Assembly (NCBI GenBank): GCA_002269645.1
Contig: NIVC01001917.1
Coordinates: 1 to 64,000, forward strand
Direction of reading: 5' to 3'
DNA length: 64,000 nt
Source: Macrostomum lignano
Taxonomy: Eukaryota
The position numbers and the translations under genes are program-made. Positions 49,536-61,216 of the stretch are shown in pieces. The notes under the pieces were generated by a model. That model was given only the letters and a program-made list of their open reading frames with translations, was not told the origin of the DNA and ran no database searches. Each line of letters starts with the position of its first letter. The stretch's first letter is position 1.

Positions 49536-49784
49536 GTTCAGTTAGCTAAATGATTGATGTCTTTCTTTAGTCTTTTTTGAATCAAATAAAGCGTTTAAGC
49601 GACTTGTTAACAGAAGATTAGTATATGCCTGACACAGAGTCCAGCCTGAACCAGTGTGCGAAGGAAGATCAGGGCTGGCTAGTGAAGTCTAACCAGGGTT
49701 TAAATGGAGCCCCCGGCCCTGTCTTATCAGCGAACTGTCCTCTCTTATCTGCATGGGCCTGACTGCCATTCATTCTATTTATCA

Positions 49785-49794
49785 GTCACGTGAC
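49785..49794. promoter_or_regulatory. Palindromic GTCACGTGAC (CLEAR/USF-type E-box) 250 bp upstream of the UPP copy 1 ATG
   Basis: Exact 10-bp palindrome. A second copy lies at 44836-44845, away from any start, so function is unproven. Confidence 0.25.
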
Positions 49795-50036
49795 GAATAA
49801 ACTCTAGCCTAAATTTACCTGCGGTGCTGTCGTACTTTTTACCTGCGCAGTAAACTGTGCTGTATAAGCTGCCATGTGCTCATCCTGAAACGCATTGCCG
49901 CTTGAAGTTGGTGCATGGCAGTGAAAATAATTGCAAGCCAGATTTTTATCAGATTGCATGAGACGCTTCCAACAGGCTAATTTAGAATCACCAAACTATG
50001 TACTATACTAACGTAATTACGCTCGTCAGGTTATCA

Positions 50037-50353
50037 GGGGTTGTAGCATAGTTGTTATAGCGTCGGACTTGCGAATGAAAGTTCGTGGGTTCGATTCTCG
50101 ACCTACTCGAAACAATTTGTGTCCTTGAGCAAGACACTTAACTCTGCATTGCTTCAGTTCACCCAGCTGTAAGATGGGTGCCAGCATTAGCTGGGGCAAT
50201 TGAGGGTGTGTGTGGCGACCCCCCAGTCCTTGGACTGAACAGCCGTACGCAGCCTTCAGATGCGCCGTGCAATAGCTGCGGCTGAGCTGTCGGTTGCACA
50301 TCTGCACATTAGGGTAGGTGTAATCTATTATTATTATTATTATTATTATTATT
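50037..50353 (+). mobile_element. Full-length tRNA-derived CORE-SINE (MIR-like core) with an (ATT)n tail
   Basis: tRNA-like head with A box (TAGCATAGTTG) and B box (GGTTCGATTCT). The core TGTGTCCTTGAGCAAGACACTTAACTCTG...CAGTT...CTGTAAGATGGG resembles the MIR CORE domain. The tail is (ATT)9. Confidence 0.85.
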
Positions 50354-50768
50354 ACTAAGATTAATCTGCGATAAGAAGCGTCCAATTCTTTCAAGGACGG
50401 GTCTTCCTTCACGGACTGATACCAGTCAAAGCCGGTTATTAGACTCGCGTTCAGTTTACTCATACTCACTGCCAATTAAAGAGCTGACTGAAGTGCAAGC
50501 TAATGATGAAGTGAGGTGCTTCGATCTTTAAGCAGAAAGTTCTGCACCTCCTAGAATATTCAGCGTATTTAATTTTAAACAGCAAAAATGACAAACAAAA
50601 CACTTGTCGAATTGAAATTTTTGTTTATTTAGAATGAACGTTCAATGATATGTGTATTTGAAAGTACTGGATGTCCTGCTGAATATGGTATCATAAAAAT
50701 TAGCGGCAGTATTAGTCAGCTAGTATAATTTTTATATATACTAATTACTAATTACTCTTACTCTTACT

Positions 50769-51403
50769 AATCGGCAAATCGGGATTCGGCGAATCGGGGG
50801 TAAACCGTAAAATCGGTGCCAGCATTAGCTGGGGTAATTGAGGGTGTGTGTGGCGACCCCCCAGTCCTTGGACTGAACAGCCGTACGCAGCCTTCAGATG
50901 CGCCGCGCAATAGCTGCGGCCGGCTGAGCTGTCGGTTGCACATCTGCCGATTATTGTAATTGATTAATAATAGTAATAGCGACATAATACTATCGTAACA
51001 CTAATTGTAATATTTAATAATATTATTACCAGAGATTCGACGTAGTACGAATTGGCCTAATAGTGAATTCGGCGAGTCGGGAATTCGGCGAATCAGGAAA
51101 TCGGCAAGTTGGGATTCGGCAAATGAGGAATTTCGGCAAATAAGGAATTTCGGCAAATCAGGAATTTCGGCAAATCGGGAATAGGCGACTCGGGAATTTC
51201 GGCGAACCAGGAATCGGCGAATCAGGATTCGGCGAGCTGGGAATCGGCAAATCGGGATTCGGCGAATCGGGGGTAAACCCCATTTTACAGCTGGGTGAAC
51301 TGAAGCAATGCAGAGTTAAGTGTCTTGCTCAAGGACACAAATTGTTCCGAGTAGGTCGAGATTCGAACCCCCGACCTTTCAGTCATGAGTCCCACACTAA
51401 CTT
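50769..51403. mobile_element. Second CORE-SINE split by a MULE-like MITE (9-bp TSD), with one arm inverted
   Basis: The SINE 5' half is on - (51280-51403) and the 3' half is on + (50816-50947). Each abuts an identical 38-bp sequence ending GGGGGTAAACC (50769-50806, 51242-51279) and a 9-bp duplication GTAAAAT(G/C)G. GGAATTCGGCGAATC subrepeats occupy 51065-51279. Confidence 0.75.
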
Positions 51404-51602
51404 ACAACCCCCTCAGATATAAGATATATATTGATATTTTTGAAAACTTTATTGGCTATAAATCACCGTTATTTAAAACGACACATTTAATTTTTTAAAT
51501 CAGTTCTGAACATGTGTTTTGATCTGACAGTAAAGATAAAGACTTGTGAGTCATAGCACACCGAACGGCTTCAAACATCAATTAGCCACACGCACAAGAA
51601 GA

Positions 51603-54600
51603 TTAGCCGCAGATGTTTCTGCTTTTGATGAAGGCGGCCAGAATTCGCAGCATTCGGTTCTGGAAATCGGCCAGCAGGCTTGGCTCGTGCTCCAGACGGT
51701 CATGCTTGAGTCTGTCCAGCATGCTGACTGCTATACAGGCAGCTGAAAGTGTTTTTGAGTCATTTTGAGTCACAACAAGAAAATCAGGCTACAGGTAATT
51801 GGGCATTCTGGTTCATTTTGCTAAGTCCTGTCTAATGAGCCCTCAGATTCCTGTCTAATGAGCCCTCAGATTCCTGTCTAATGAGCCCTCAGATTCCTGT
51901 CTAATGAGCCCTCAGAATCCTGTCTAATGAGCCCTCAGAGTCCTGTCTAATGAGCTGTCAGAGTCCTGTCTAATGAGCTGTCAGAGTCCTGTCTAATGAG
52001 CCCTCAGAGTCCTGTCTAATGAGCTGTCAGAGTCCTGTCTAATGAGCTGTCAGAGTCCTGTCTAATGAGCCCTCAGAGTCCTGTCTAATGAGCCCTCAGA
52101 GTCCTGTCTAATGAGCTGTCAGAGTCCTGTCTAATGAGCCCTCAGAGTCCTGTCTAATGAGCCCTCAGAGTCCTGTCTAATGAGCTGTCAGAGTCCTGTC
52201 TAATGAGCTGTCAGAGTCCTGTCTAATGAGCTGTCAGAGTCCTGTCTAATGAGCCCTCAGAGTCCTGTCTAATGAGCCTTCAGAGTCCTGTCTAATGAGC
52301 CCTCAGAGTCCTGTCTAATGAGCCCTCAGAGTCCTGTCTAATGAGCCCTCAGAGTCCTGTCTAATGAGCCCTCAGAGTCCTGTCTAATGAGCCCTCAGAG
52401 TCCTGTCTAATGAGCTGTCAGAGTCCTGTCTAATGAGCCCTCAGAGTCCTGTCTAATGAGCCCTCAGAGTCCTGTCTAATGAGCTGTCAGAGTCCTGTCT
52501 AATGAGCCCTCAGAGTCCTGTCTAATGAGCCCTCAGAGTCCTGTCTAATGAGCCCTCAGAGTCCTGTCTAATGAGCCCTCAGAGTCCTGTCTAATGAGCC
52601 CTCAGAGTCCTGTCTAATGAGCTGTCAGAGTCCTGTCTAATGAGCTGTCAGAGTCCTGTCTAATGAGCTGTCAGAGTCCTGTCTAATGAGCTGTCAGAGT
52701 CCTGTCTAATGAGCCCTCAGAGTCCTGTCTAATGAGCCCTCAGAGTCCTGTCTAATGAGCCCTCAGAGTCCTGTCTAATGAGCCCTCAGAGTCCTGTCTA
52801 ATGAGCCCTCAGAGTCCTGTCTAATCAATGCACAGAGTTCTGTCTAATGAGCCCTCAGAGTCCTGTCTAAATCAGTACTCAGATAGTCATATTCCTGTTT
52901 AATCAGTGCTCAGAGTCCTATCTAATCTATGCTCAGATTCCTGTCCAATCAATGCTCAGAGTCCTGTCTGATCAGTGCTCAGAGTCCTATCTAATCAATG
53001 CTCAGCGGCCTGTCTACTGATCCCTCAGAATCATGTCGTCCTTTCTCCCCCATCTCGCCCTAGCGTCCACCAAAATGTCTCACCACGGATGCCCAGCCGG
53101 TGCGTGATGGCCGCCAGCGCCAGCGACTCCATCTCGATGTTGCGAACCCCGGCTTCGAATGCTCGCTGCAGAAATTCGTTCCGTTGCTCCATGCTGAACT
53201 CGCAGATGGCGCCGTCTGTGCGACCCTGCTCTGCAGGTGCGAGAGCGGCAACGAGGCTCACATTGAGGCCTTAGGTCTGGCGGGCACATGGCACTGTGCC
53301 ATGCCTGGAGCCTCCATAAGTATTTTTGTTTGTGGCTTTTTTCAGGATTTCTATCAAGTGCCGCTACCTTGCCCAGTGCTTACGGTCGTAGATGGAGCGC
53401 CGCTTCCTTCTCCATGACGCAGTCAATAGTTTACCACCGGCTACCTTCATGTTTTCTCTAAATCGCCACTGAGTGAGCACACTACCAAATAATCTGAGCA
53501 AATGGTCCCTGAGGTAAACAATCAGCCATTCATTCGTTACCTTCGTAGAAGTCGCTGGTGCACAGAGTGACAGCAGAGACGGCCTCGATGTTGAGGCCGC
53601 TGGCCAGTTGGAGCAGCTCCCGAGCCAATCCGGGTCGAACACGGCCTCCCGCTGTACCGGCTGGCCGAGGATGAACTACAGGGAGCGGCGGAGTCAGCCC
53701 TGGTTTTTTAAGCTTTAAATTGCAACAAGTACGCCTGGCTGACGCGGTATGATAAACATCATGGCTGGTACGAGTATATAAAATAAGGTAAAAAAACATC
53801 CAGGCCAAGGGTGTACGGCTTGCAAACCACGGTAGACACTTATGGGACCATGGAAGATTTCTCCAAGAAAGCAATCGAAGTTTGACAGCAAAAACACTGA
53901 TTGGTACGTCTGCTTTTCAATGATGACACGATACTCTAATATAATATCCAATGTGCTCATTTTATGCGAAACTTCAGCAAATCTTTACTGCATGGCTAAT
54001 AACAGTATAGAGACTAAATTGACAGTGCCTGATCACCTTGCAATCTTTAGAGCTTGCGAAGCAATTTTGTACTTTTTCATTGAAGCATTTTTCCCGGAAA
54101 TGCTACAGGAGACTGGCAAAGAAGAAAAGTGTAGAAATTTTTTTGTTGAAAGTAGTAAAGTCACTACCTGCTCAAAGTATGGCTGTAGCTGACAGCTCAA
54201 GGCACGAGTAGAGATGCAGATGGTACCAGGTTCGATTCCTAGGCCGCCGCAGGTGCCCAGGCGGATGAAGGTGACTCCGGTTGCGCCGGCCAGGCTCATG
54301 AGCTTCGCCAGCTCGTGCAGCAGAATCGAGATGGACGGGATGCCCATGCCGTGCTGCGGGCGCGGGCGGGGAGGCTCTGCGGCAAGCAGATCAACTCAAA
54401 CAGCTCAAGCAGCTCAGCATCGTCAGGGACTTACATTCACGCAGACGATCGGGCCAGCCTTGTACATCACGTATCGGTCAGTGTTCGGGATGACGTTCAC
54501 CAGGCCCTGGCCTGTAGGCAGGCGGATGCCCAGCTCAGCAACCAGGTCCTCGGCCAGCCGCTTCATCCTGTTCGAGCTGCCGCCCATGCAGACCAGCTGC

Positions 54601-54836
54601 GGAGTTGCGTTAGGAGATGGGAAATGAGTGGTAGATGGGAAATGAGTGCGAGTTTTGAAGAATCTGAACTTAAAGATGACTGGATGACTGCTGCCTACCT
54701 TTGTATCACCGAACATGGCCTTGAAGTCGTGCTTTCTGCTGTCCAGCCCGATGTGGTACAGCACATCGTGTCTGTCGTCCTGAAGGTGATGATTCGCCAG
54801 TCGCACCTGAGCAGCCTGATCCCGTGTGGATGTCAT
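51603..54836 (-). CDS. UPP1: Uridine phosphorylase, copy 2 (exons 54836-54699, 54596-54435, 54353-54168, 53675-53541, 53230-53084, 51742-51603), with an apparent 1-nt deletion near 53629
   Basis: Same six-exon structure and motifs as copy 1. Exon 4 is 135 nt versus 136 nt (CCGGA-TTG versus CCGGACTTG on the coding strand), which shifts the frame unless it is a sequence error. Confidence 0.88.
51824..53030. repeat. 23-bp minisatellite (GTCCTGTCTAATGAGCCCTCAGA, variant ...GAGCTGTCAGA) in intron 5 of UPP copy 2
   Basis: Period 23 (51841, 51864); about 45 clean copies, then degenerate. Confidence 0.95.
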
Positions 54837-56748
54837 ATTGCGTGTACCTTTCTCTTTTACAAGTAAAAGTATGTAATAAGTGAATTTTATTTTAGTAATT
54901 AAGGCTTTTAGTCGTGAAAGCTAAAACTTGCCTGCCTTTACTACAAAGCCATCTACTTTTTTCAGGCTGGAGCAAAGAAAAACTGCAGCTTTCGCAGCTA
55001 CATGTACGATTATTTGGTATCCACACTCACGTACAATTTTACCGTCATAAAGTGATCCTAAACTGTGATTAGAGCCTTATCGTGTGTGTAAAATCTACTA
55101 CACTGGACAAACGGAAGCTTCTGTAATGAAAATCATGCAAAGCATGCAAATTATATACATGTGCGATAGATTAAATCAGCTACATATGTACATCTAAATA
55201 TAGTCTCGAAGTGCCAATTTAAATAAAATGCTGCGGATTTATAGTGAAAATCTGGGTGCTACTTAGATATTACACTAGAATTATATTTGCTTAAATGTGC
55301 ATGTACAACAGTAATTCACTACTTTATGCAAATCACTACCTTCAAAAATTTTCCAGCTCATTTAGTGCCATTTTCATTTACATGTATTCACATTGGGCTC
55401 TAGCGGGGGTCATATATATGTATATCCATATGGACATGCAAGGACCACCGTATATAGTGTATATATACAGTGGTCGTTGTGGACATGTATACGTATAATA
55501 TTACAAAGAACAGATGAATCGATGAATCGATATTGGGTGGTAACTGTCTATGTAGTTTTTTCGATGCCGCAAAACGATTGTTACAAGGCTGCAGTGTTAT
55601 TACAGTGATTTAATTGTAGAGACAATATGAAACTAACGCAACCTCTAGTCAATCCGCTTTAGTATTTTTGCTATTTGAAAAAGCAACGACGACTTGTAGA
55701 CGACTACTCGAGTCGTCTATGTTAAACAGTTGCTTCTATAGAGCTATACATGTATAAAGCTACAATCAGGGACAAGGGGGCGGTTTTTCCCGGGTCAGCC
55801 AAACCGGCCGATGACCCTGGATATGCAAGTGCTTTTAAGTTTGCATGAATATAAAGATTTTAACAAAATAACTTTCTGGACTACAAAAGTTCGATACAAA
55901 CAGATTTGAAGAACTTGCATGGATTTGAATTGCATGTGCTGAATTTAAATAGCTCATTTTTTTGTTTCCTGAAATCCTGGGGAAGTAATGATCTGGGGGT
56001 AATTTTCTCGGGGGTGGGGAGGGGGAAGCCAGCCCCATTGACCCTTGAATTTTCCAAGGACGCCAACCCCTGTAGCCTGGTGACTATAAAATAAATTTAT
56101 TGCTTTTTTATGCCGGTGTGTGTAAAACTAAACAATTTTTTTACATAAAAGTTAAACGAAAAACTCTCTGTTAATTTATTACTAAACTGATAAGTAGAGC
56201 AGAAAGAAAATAATTTTTGTTTACAAACAAACTTTGTTTGCACGATACAACATCAGTTCTATATTTAAATTTCTCAAGGTCAGCACGCCTGGAGCAATGT
56301 CCAATCGCGACCGATATCAGCTGCCAACTGCGTGATTTATGGTTTGTGACGTTACCCTAAGATATTTAGTCGAAAAGAAAGATCTTTGATTCCGCGGCTC
56401 TACCTTTAAAAGCCTAAGAATAGGCCAACGTTTTTAGGTGTCCCATAGCTACATTTAGAAATTGTTAGCCATCTACTGCATCTGAATTCATATCAAACAC
56501 TATAGGGCCTAGTTTTGTATAGTGTTCAAATACAACTTTTATTTTATTTATAGGCCTATATCTAGGCCTAGGCATAGTAGGCCTACTTAACTTGTTTTTT
56601 TTTAACTAATACAATCACAGCTGTAGCTAGACCCAAACTTCAGTCTAGTTTATTAATAAGAATTTTAAATTGCTTTGCTTTCAATTTTACATTAGGTAAA
56701 CATAATCTATGAAAAAAAGTTTTTATTTTGAGAACAAAGCTATGAAAC

Positions 56749-59700
56749 ATGGTAGTTCTGGATGGAAGTGCTGCTCATCTTATTGCTGGAGGGTAAGTTA
56801 CCTATTAATATATTACTCTATGACTATTATTGCATTATAATATATACCTAAGCTTATATTAGCATTTTTATAATTGATATTAGAGTTAAATATGCTACTA
56901 ATGTTAATCTGAGTCTAAAAATACCAAATACCAAGTCCAAGATTAATAATTGCATGTTTTATGCTAGACCCAGATGTTAATTGCAGTTGCAAAATTTAAT
57001 TTGCAATAGGCCTAGGCCTTATTATATGCTATAGACTAATTAATTTGTCAAGGCAGACTTGCCTAATACTAGGCCTATATAATGGTAGGCCTATTGTTTA
57101 AAGCAATATATAGGCCTATTTTTAATTTAATGAGCAAAAAGTTATTAAAGACTTTAATGTGTCATTACCTTATAAATAAATATATGAATCTATTATCTCC
57201 TAAGCTTATCTTAACTATTAGCTATTTTTTGTTGAAGTATTACTTCAGATTTCAGACAACAACAACAACAACAAAATACACTGTCAGGATGGCAAAAGTC
57301 AGCATCACAGGGCGTGCTTCATGGCTTGGGCATGAACAAAGGCCGCGCCACCAGCAATGTCCGGGGTGTCAGCATCAGCCAGCAGACAGTCGTCATAATG
57401 CCGAGTTCGCGCTTGACCTTGCCAGTAGGGTGCTTGCAGTGTGAGCAGCAGCACCTCCTGCACTGGCTTTGGGCAGTACAATTTGGCGCGGATAAGATGG
57501 CCTGCAAGCTGGAGTTGCTGATGGCGCAGTAGATCACTTAGACGTGGCAGGCCAGTGCGGCGATAGAGTGCTGCATTGGTGACTCGCTCAATGCCAATGT
57601 TGAAGGCGACGTGCGCTGCATCGACTTGCTGTTCGAGTGAGTCCGTCAGTGTCCAGGTCTCGGCATTCTGGAGAAGGACTGTCTCGATTACTGCCTGGAA
57701 CAGCGCCGCCCTCTGGCGGTCCGGTAGGGCCTCGGACTGCAGGACTGCCCTCACAGAACAAAAGGCAGCCCAGGCAAGCTTGCAGCAGCCTTGCAGGTCC
57801 TCGCAAGCATCTGGAACCAGACTGCCAAGGTAGACAAACTGCTGACATCGCGGGAGTTCGGTTGCCTGCCCATCAGCGCTGATGTCGTCCAGCACGCAAC
57901 ACAATGGTCTTCTGTGTGTTGACCACCAGGCCAACACTCGCTGCAATGGCAACTAGCCTGTCCAGCTGCTGTTGGGCGCCCTCAACAGTCAAGGACAGCA
58001 GGGCGAGGTCGTTGGCATAGCCAAGCATGCTGAGCCACTTCCCTGGTTGACGTTGACCCACGCATCGCCGCAGCAGAAAACTGTCCTCGTCAGTATCATT
58101 GGAAGAGCAGTCCGCAGCACCCAGTCAAGCACCAGGATGAACAGGAATGGCGCCAGCGTATCTCCCTGCAGTACTCCGGAGGATGTCTCAAAGGAGTCCA
58201 TCTGGTGTTGTCACAGCAGCTGTCGTATCACGGTACATTGCCATGATGGCAGAGATCAGCTGCTTAAGCACGTTGTACACGCAGAGCACCATTGGAAGCA
58301 TTTAGATTTCAAAATATATACAAAAATAATTCTAGGATTATAATTTAGCAGGTTTAAAATCCTTAAGTTTCAACAGCTTTTAAAAAATACATACCAAATA
58401 TAAATGATTAGCTTTCATTATATTAACTCTATATAAATAATAGGCTTTCTTTTTAATTTTAATATATAGTAATAATCAATAACAAATAGTCAAATAACCA
58501 AATTTGTTAATAGAGTTGACAAACTAGATGTAAGATATTAACAAATTTGTTGGTACTCATATGCATGAAGATAAAATTATATAAATAGCTTATCAATTAT
58601 GTTTTTATCAAAATGCCATTAGAATTAAAAGTTAAATAAAACATTATCATTGAGTATTCACCCAGGTTTTTAAGCATCAGAATTATAATGTCATTTGGCA
58701 CATTAGCTCTAAATTTATGATGCCTAATGGATACTCAGGATCTCAATTAACATTGGTCCAAAAGTTCAAAATAAAATGTAAATGAATATTTTTATCCTAC
58801 CTTTAAAACTCTAAGCCTCTAGCTTATATATGTTGTAAAATAGTTAAGGCCTATTATCAATATATAAAGTATAACACTCAAATTTGACAACTGAAAAGTC
58901 ATATAATCCTATAGATCCCAATCCTAATAACTATAAAACTGTAGCTATTTAATTAAAATTTTAAAATTTAGTATCTTATTAAATTGATCTTATTTGGTTC
59001 TTCCTATCTTATCCCATGATCTTAAAATCCCAAGATCCTAGCAAACATTGGAATCATAATCCTACTTTGGTATAAAATCATAAAATATTTAATAAACAAG
59101 ATGATTTTGTTTTATTAATTGAATGTATTATATCAATTATTCTATAGATGTCTTTATTCTACATGTAATATCAATATTATATTGTTAATATATGTATTCT
59201 ATATATATAGCTCGTAGATAGCAAAGAATTAGAAAAAGCTAGTGAATAAACAATAAGTTTTAGCAATAGGAGTTGAAGTAAAATCTCATACACAAACACA
59301 GTGTTTTTAGCTTATTTGGTACCAATACAAAGTGTTAGGGCAGGGCAATTGCTTTCCAGCTTGTGTTAGTTATGTCTTATAAATTTTGGTAGAATTTCCA
59401 TTATGTTTTAATTTATTTACTCCAACAATATGGTCAATTTTAGATTCGCTGGGACAGTCGGTGCCATCGTCACCTCGCCGCTTGAAGTAGTGAAGACTCG
59501 CCTGCAAGGCTCAGTTAACTCGTGGCATGACAACAGAATCTTGTCCCAATCGCCAGCTCGTTTCGGCGGCGCAACGCCAGCTTTGATGAAGCTATTCAGG
59601 ACTGGCGCAGCCTCCACTGTTGTGGGCTCTCACCAGCACCATCATCATCATGTGCAGATTAGCAAGCCGCAGCCGGTAGTTGCTACCCAGCAGAGCATGT

Positions 59701-60720
59701 CAATCTATCAGTGCCTGCGTTATATTCAACACACCGAAGGATTCCGAGCCTTATTTAAAGGGCTCAGCATGACGGTACTGGGCGTGCTGCCATCCAGAGC
59801 GATCTACTTTAGCGCCTATTTTAACGGCCAGGAGATGTTCTCGCAATTTTTCTCCAAAGGCTCGCACAGCAATATTGTCTTAGCGGCCGCATTCTCCAGC
59901 TTTGTATCCTCGACTGTCACCAATCCGATTTGGTTTGTGAAGACAAGATTGCAGCTGGACCAATCGTGGGTTCTCGAAATTTTATTTAGCCCTAGAGCTG
60001 GGGTGGGACCCCGATCCATATAACTATTTCCCTAAAGTTTATCTCTAATTAGTTAATATCTAATTAGTCTAAAGTTTTTTGCAATCTCGAAACTTCATAT
60101 TCATATCGTCAAAAAACTCTAATGCTCACTGCGGCTTCCTTGAGGAAGCAGCCTATTCAGTTGCGTACTAACCGCTGCCGGCTCTGCTTAACTTTCAGCT
60201 ATAATGATGGCTAGCGACATTCTCGATCGCGACTAGATAGTTACAAAACTAACTTTTAGTTTTCGGTGACCAAATCAAAATTTCTTGCCATAAGAACTTC
60301 TTTACTAAGCCAGAATCTGGATTGAATGTTTAATAAATAATTAAAGGCTTAGCGGACTTATTTATTGTACTCATCCGTTCGTAACTCAGGTAGTAAACTG
60401 TTAAGTTGCTTGCCAGTTGGGAGTGCATATTTTAAGCTCGGCTCTCAGTTGAGCACAGTTGAGCTGAGGTCACGCGCCGCAGTTTAGCTATCAAGTGCAT
60501 TTAGTGTGCTTGCTTCAGAGCTTTTAGTCTATTATCTTTCATTAGCTAGATTGAAAAGTTCTAAAAAAAGTTTCTCTCTGTCTTAGATGTTGTTGTCGGC
60601 TCTATTTGAAGCTAATAGGCAAGCTAACTGGTATTAGATAATTATTTACTAAGCTAAATTGCACTCAAGTGTACGAACTCATTGTTATAAGTTTGTCTTT
60701 ATGGGGCTGGAAATTACTCG

Positions 60721-60800
<80 letters not shown>

Positions 60801-60835
60801 CAGATAGAGAGAGATAGATAGATAGATAGATAGAC

Positions 60836-60922
<87 letters not shown>

Positions 60923-60999
60923 CAGATAGAGAGAGAGATAGATAGATAGACAGATAGACAGATAGACAGATAGATAGATAGATAGATAGACAGATAGAG

Positions 61000-61074
<75 letters not shown>

Positions 61075-61121
61075 CAGATAGAGAGAGAGAGATAGATAGA
61101 TAGATAGACAGATAGACAGAC

Positions 61122-61172
<51 letters not shown>

Positions 61173-61173
61173 C

Positions 61174-61216
<43 letters not shown>

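Noticed and set aside
55767-56072. Possible hAT-like MITE (CAGGG...CCCTG)
   Set aside because: Only 5 bp of inverted match and no target-site duplication.
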